Positions 62,301-64,000 of a DNA stretch of 64,000 bases are shown piece after piece. Numbering within the stretch: the stretch's first letter is position 1; each line of letters opens with the position of its first letter. Source of the stretch: Podarcis liolepis (taxonomy: Eukaryota); the NCBI GenBank assembly GCA_965112155.1, contig OZ218107.1; one strand, given 5' to 3'. Made by a program: the position numbers and the translations under genes. Under the pieces are notes generated by a model. That model did not search any database and was not told the origin of the DNA. It saw nothing but the letters and a program-made list of their open reading frames with translations.

Positions 62301-64000
62301 GCCTTCTGGATGATGTGTGCTATCATTGAGGACCTGGTGCCCGCCTCCTACTTCAACACTACTCTGATGGGCGTCCAGACTGACCAGCGCGTCTTGCGGC
62401 ATCTCATTGTGCAGTACTTGCCACAGCTGGACAAACTACTCCAGGAGCATGACATTGGTGAGAGCCTCCCTTGGGCAGCTGAAGGTTTTGAGCTTCAGGG
62501 TCCAACTCTCTTCTGTGAGCCATATTGTTAACACACTGTGCATGTGGCTGCTAAGGGAATTTAGTAGTGCAAATGAGTCAAACATGCTTTTGAGCATGAG
62601 TCACTTTAGCTTGGTATTTGGGTTGAAATGGAAGGAAATATATGCTTGTGTGCACATAATCTCTTGTGCTATTTGAAAATTCTTGTTTCAAGCAGAAATA
62701 TTATCAGGGGCCTCATTTGCTTGTTATTTGCTTGTTATGGTAAGCTATAGTTAATGGCTTGCTGTGAATGTGCCTATTTGGGCCATTTTCCTGCATACTA
62801 GTAGCAAGCAAACCACAGTCCTTTGCTTAGTATTCTGTCTGAACTAGGAACTAGGTTGTTTTGCTCCAAGCAAACCACAATCTGTAGGCAAGTTTCATCC
62901 TTGGTTTACTGATCATTGTTTATTTGGCTCTGGCTTGACATAGAGAAAAGGACTGAGAAGGGAGCTGTAATTGCCTGCACTGACATGGGTAGATTATTTG
63001 GAATAGATGTGAGTGTTCTCTGTTTTATGTTGGAAGTGGAAAGTGATTCTATGGAGGGCAGGAGTAGGATGGATTCTTCCTCGTGTGGGTGACTGGTAAG
63101 CTAGAATGATACACCTTCTTTACTGTCTCCATTCACAGAGCTCTCCTTGATCACCCTGCACTGGTTCCTCACATCATTTGCTAGTGTTGTGCATATCAAG
63201 CTGTTGCTACGAATTTGGGACCTCTTTTTCTACCAGGGCTCCATAGTTCTCTTCCAGGTCACACTGGGCATGCTCAGCATGAAGGTAACCAACACTCCTC
63301 CGCTTTCCCCTCATGGAATGAGTTTTTATATACAGGGACTGCTCTCCCGATTCCCCACCCCCACCCCACCCCCATCTTAGGTATTTGGGGAATCCTTTAT
63401 GAGAGGTGTGTGTAAGGAAAGAAAAACAAAAAATGCCATATATCGTTCTTTCGAAATCTGGGTGTGCAGTAGCTCCTTTTGCCACTCGCTGTTGCCTTTG
63501 CTGCGTTTTTGTCTTCTGAATAATGTCAGCAAACTACTATATAGACTGGGATTGTTGACAATGATCTGTTTCAAGAAACACTTTGAGAAATAACCTCTGC
63601 TCTTCTGGTTCTGTGTTGGGCAAATTGATGTGTGGCTGAAATTCAGTGTAGCATTAAGGAATTCCTTTATAGGAAAATAATTGGGTGCAAAGGGAGATTA
63701 ACGGAAGCATGCACTGATTGTTGTCCTGCATTCACCGTGCAAACTTTCATCATGGGAATAGAGTTAGATGCAGATAATGGGGCAGTGAGAATTGCAAGGG
63801 TATTCCAGAGCATAACATGCAGAACGCCTTGTTCCCATTAACGCAGGAAGATGAGTTGATTCAGTCAGAGAACTCTGCCTCCATCTTCAACACACTCTCG
63901 GACATCCCCTCTCAAATTGAAGATCCAGACGTGCTCCTGCAGGAAGCCATGCGTGTCGCTGGTTCCCTGACGGACGTGGCTGTGGAGACTCAGCGGTGCA
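53386..64000 (+). CDS. SGSM3: small G protein signaling modulator 3 (TBC/Rab-GAP protein), 5' part, truncated by window end
   Basis: Coding exons 53386-53392, 54472-54557, 55740-55806, 56645-56853, 56963-57070, 59388-59531, 62262-62457, 63139-63284 and 63847->64000 join in frame. N-terminus [29 protein letters not shown]; TBC motifs IEKDLLRT and GYCQGTG. Confidence 0.97.
54472..54557 (+). CDS. SGSM3: SGSM3 exon 3
   Basis: tatag|GA...CAG|gtact; [21 protein letters not shown]. Confidence 0.93.
55740..55806 (+). CDS. SGSM3: SGSM3 exon 4 (GC donor)
   Basis: tccag|AAA...AAG|gcaag; [22 protein letters not shown]. Confidence 0.88.
56645..56853 (+). CDS. SGSM3: SGSM3 exon 5
   Basis: tacag|AT...CAG|gtgaa; [21 protein letters not shown]...GIPHSMRPQ. 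Confidence 0.94.
56963..57070 (+). CDS. SGSM3: SGSM3 exon 6
   Basis: cccag|CTG...CAA|gtggg; [36 protein letters not shown]. Confidence 0.94.
57687..57898. mobile_element. PIF/Harbinger-like palindromic MITE
   Basis: TIR GGGCAGAT/ATCTGCCC, 3-bp TSD TTA on both sides, element largely self-complementary. Confidence 0.8.
58155..58745. mobile_element. Tc1/mariner-type MITE (CCGTATTTTT family), long form with GC-rich palindromic interior
   Basis: TA|CCGTATTTTTCGTCCCATAGGA ... TCCTATAGGGCGAAAAATACGG|TA. Confidence 0.92.
59388..59531 (+). CDS. SGSM3: SGSM3 exon 7 (TBC Arg- and Gln-finger motifs)
   Basis: gttag|ATT...ATG|gtaaa; [15 protein letters not shown]...IGYCQGTGM. Confidence 0.95.
61147..62018. 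mobile_element. Tc1/mariner-type non-autonomous element with internal palindrome array (229-bp higher-order repeat)
   Basis: TA|CAGTGGTGCCCCGCAAGAC ... GTCTTGCGAGGCACCACTG|TA; internal duplicated block starting at 61441 and 61670. Confidence 0.92.
62262..62457 (+). CDS. SGSM3: SGSM3 exon 8
   Basis: tctag|GTA...G|gtgag; [18 protein letters not shown]...LQEHDI. Confidence 0.94.
63139..63284 (+). CDS. SGSM3: SGSM3 exon 9
   Basis: cacag|AG...AAG|gtaac; [31 protein letters not shown]. Confidence 0.94.
63847..64000 (+). CDS. SGSM3: SGSM3 exon 10 (partial)
   Basis: cgcag|GAA; [26 protein letters not shown]...DVAVETQR. Confidence 0.93.

Noticed and set aside
1-64000. CRISPR arrays, operons, rRNA, snoRNA or miRNA genes
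   Set aside because: This is a eukaryotic intron-exon locus with no regularly spaced repeat-spacer array, and I could not recognise any RNA gene by eye; an Rfam/Infernal scan would be needed to exclude small ncRNAs.

Overview
Vertebrate nuclear DNA, not prokaryotic. It is most likely from a lacertid lizard, inferred from two Sauria-type SINEs with GGGACGCGGG 5' ends and (ACCTTT)n tails. Three spliced genes lie in tandem on the + strand, in the same order as on human 22q13. (1) The last 11 coding exons of TNRC6B (GW182 family: Q-rich region, PAM2, RRM; stop at 11884) and a ~12 kb 3'UTR ending near AATAAA at 23950. (2) The complete 13-exon ADSL gene (adenylosuccinate lyase, 26656-42184, 1446 nt, 481 aa). 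(3) The promoter and first 10 exons of SGSM3 (TBC-domain Rab-GAP, ATG at 53386, running off the window). Introns carry TA-flanked Tc1/mariner MITEs, a hAT MITE, Harbinger-like MITEs, SINEs, CR1/L2 fragments and a probable decayed DIRS element. There are two assembly gaps. Most ORFs in the supplied track are spurious. I see no demonstrably new gene system. The best leads are post-transcriptional features of the TNRC6B 3'UTR: a duplicated 28-nt stem-loop, a frame-compatible cryptic last exon, a perfect DR2 and proximal poly(A) signal right after the stop, and a well-preserved CORE-SINE carrying a let-7 site. Other leads are a Pro-to-Ala change in the ADSL catalytic signature loop, two non-canonical splice sites, inverted MITE pairs flanking ADSL exons, and MITEs carrying internal palindrome arrays. 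Exon coordinates were read by hand from GT/GC-AG boundaries and frame continuity. Comparisons to human or yeast proteins are from memory, not database searches.
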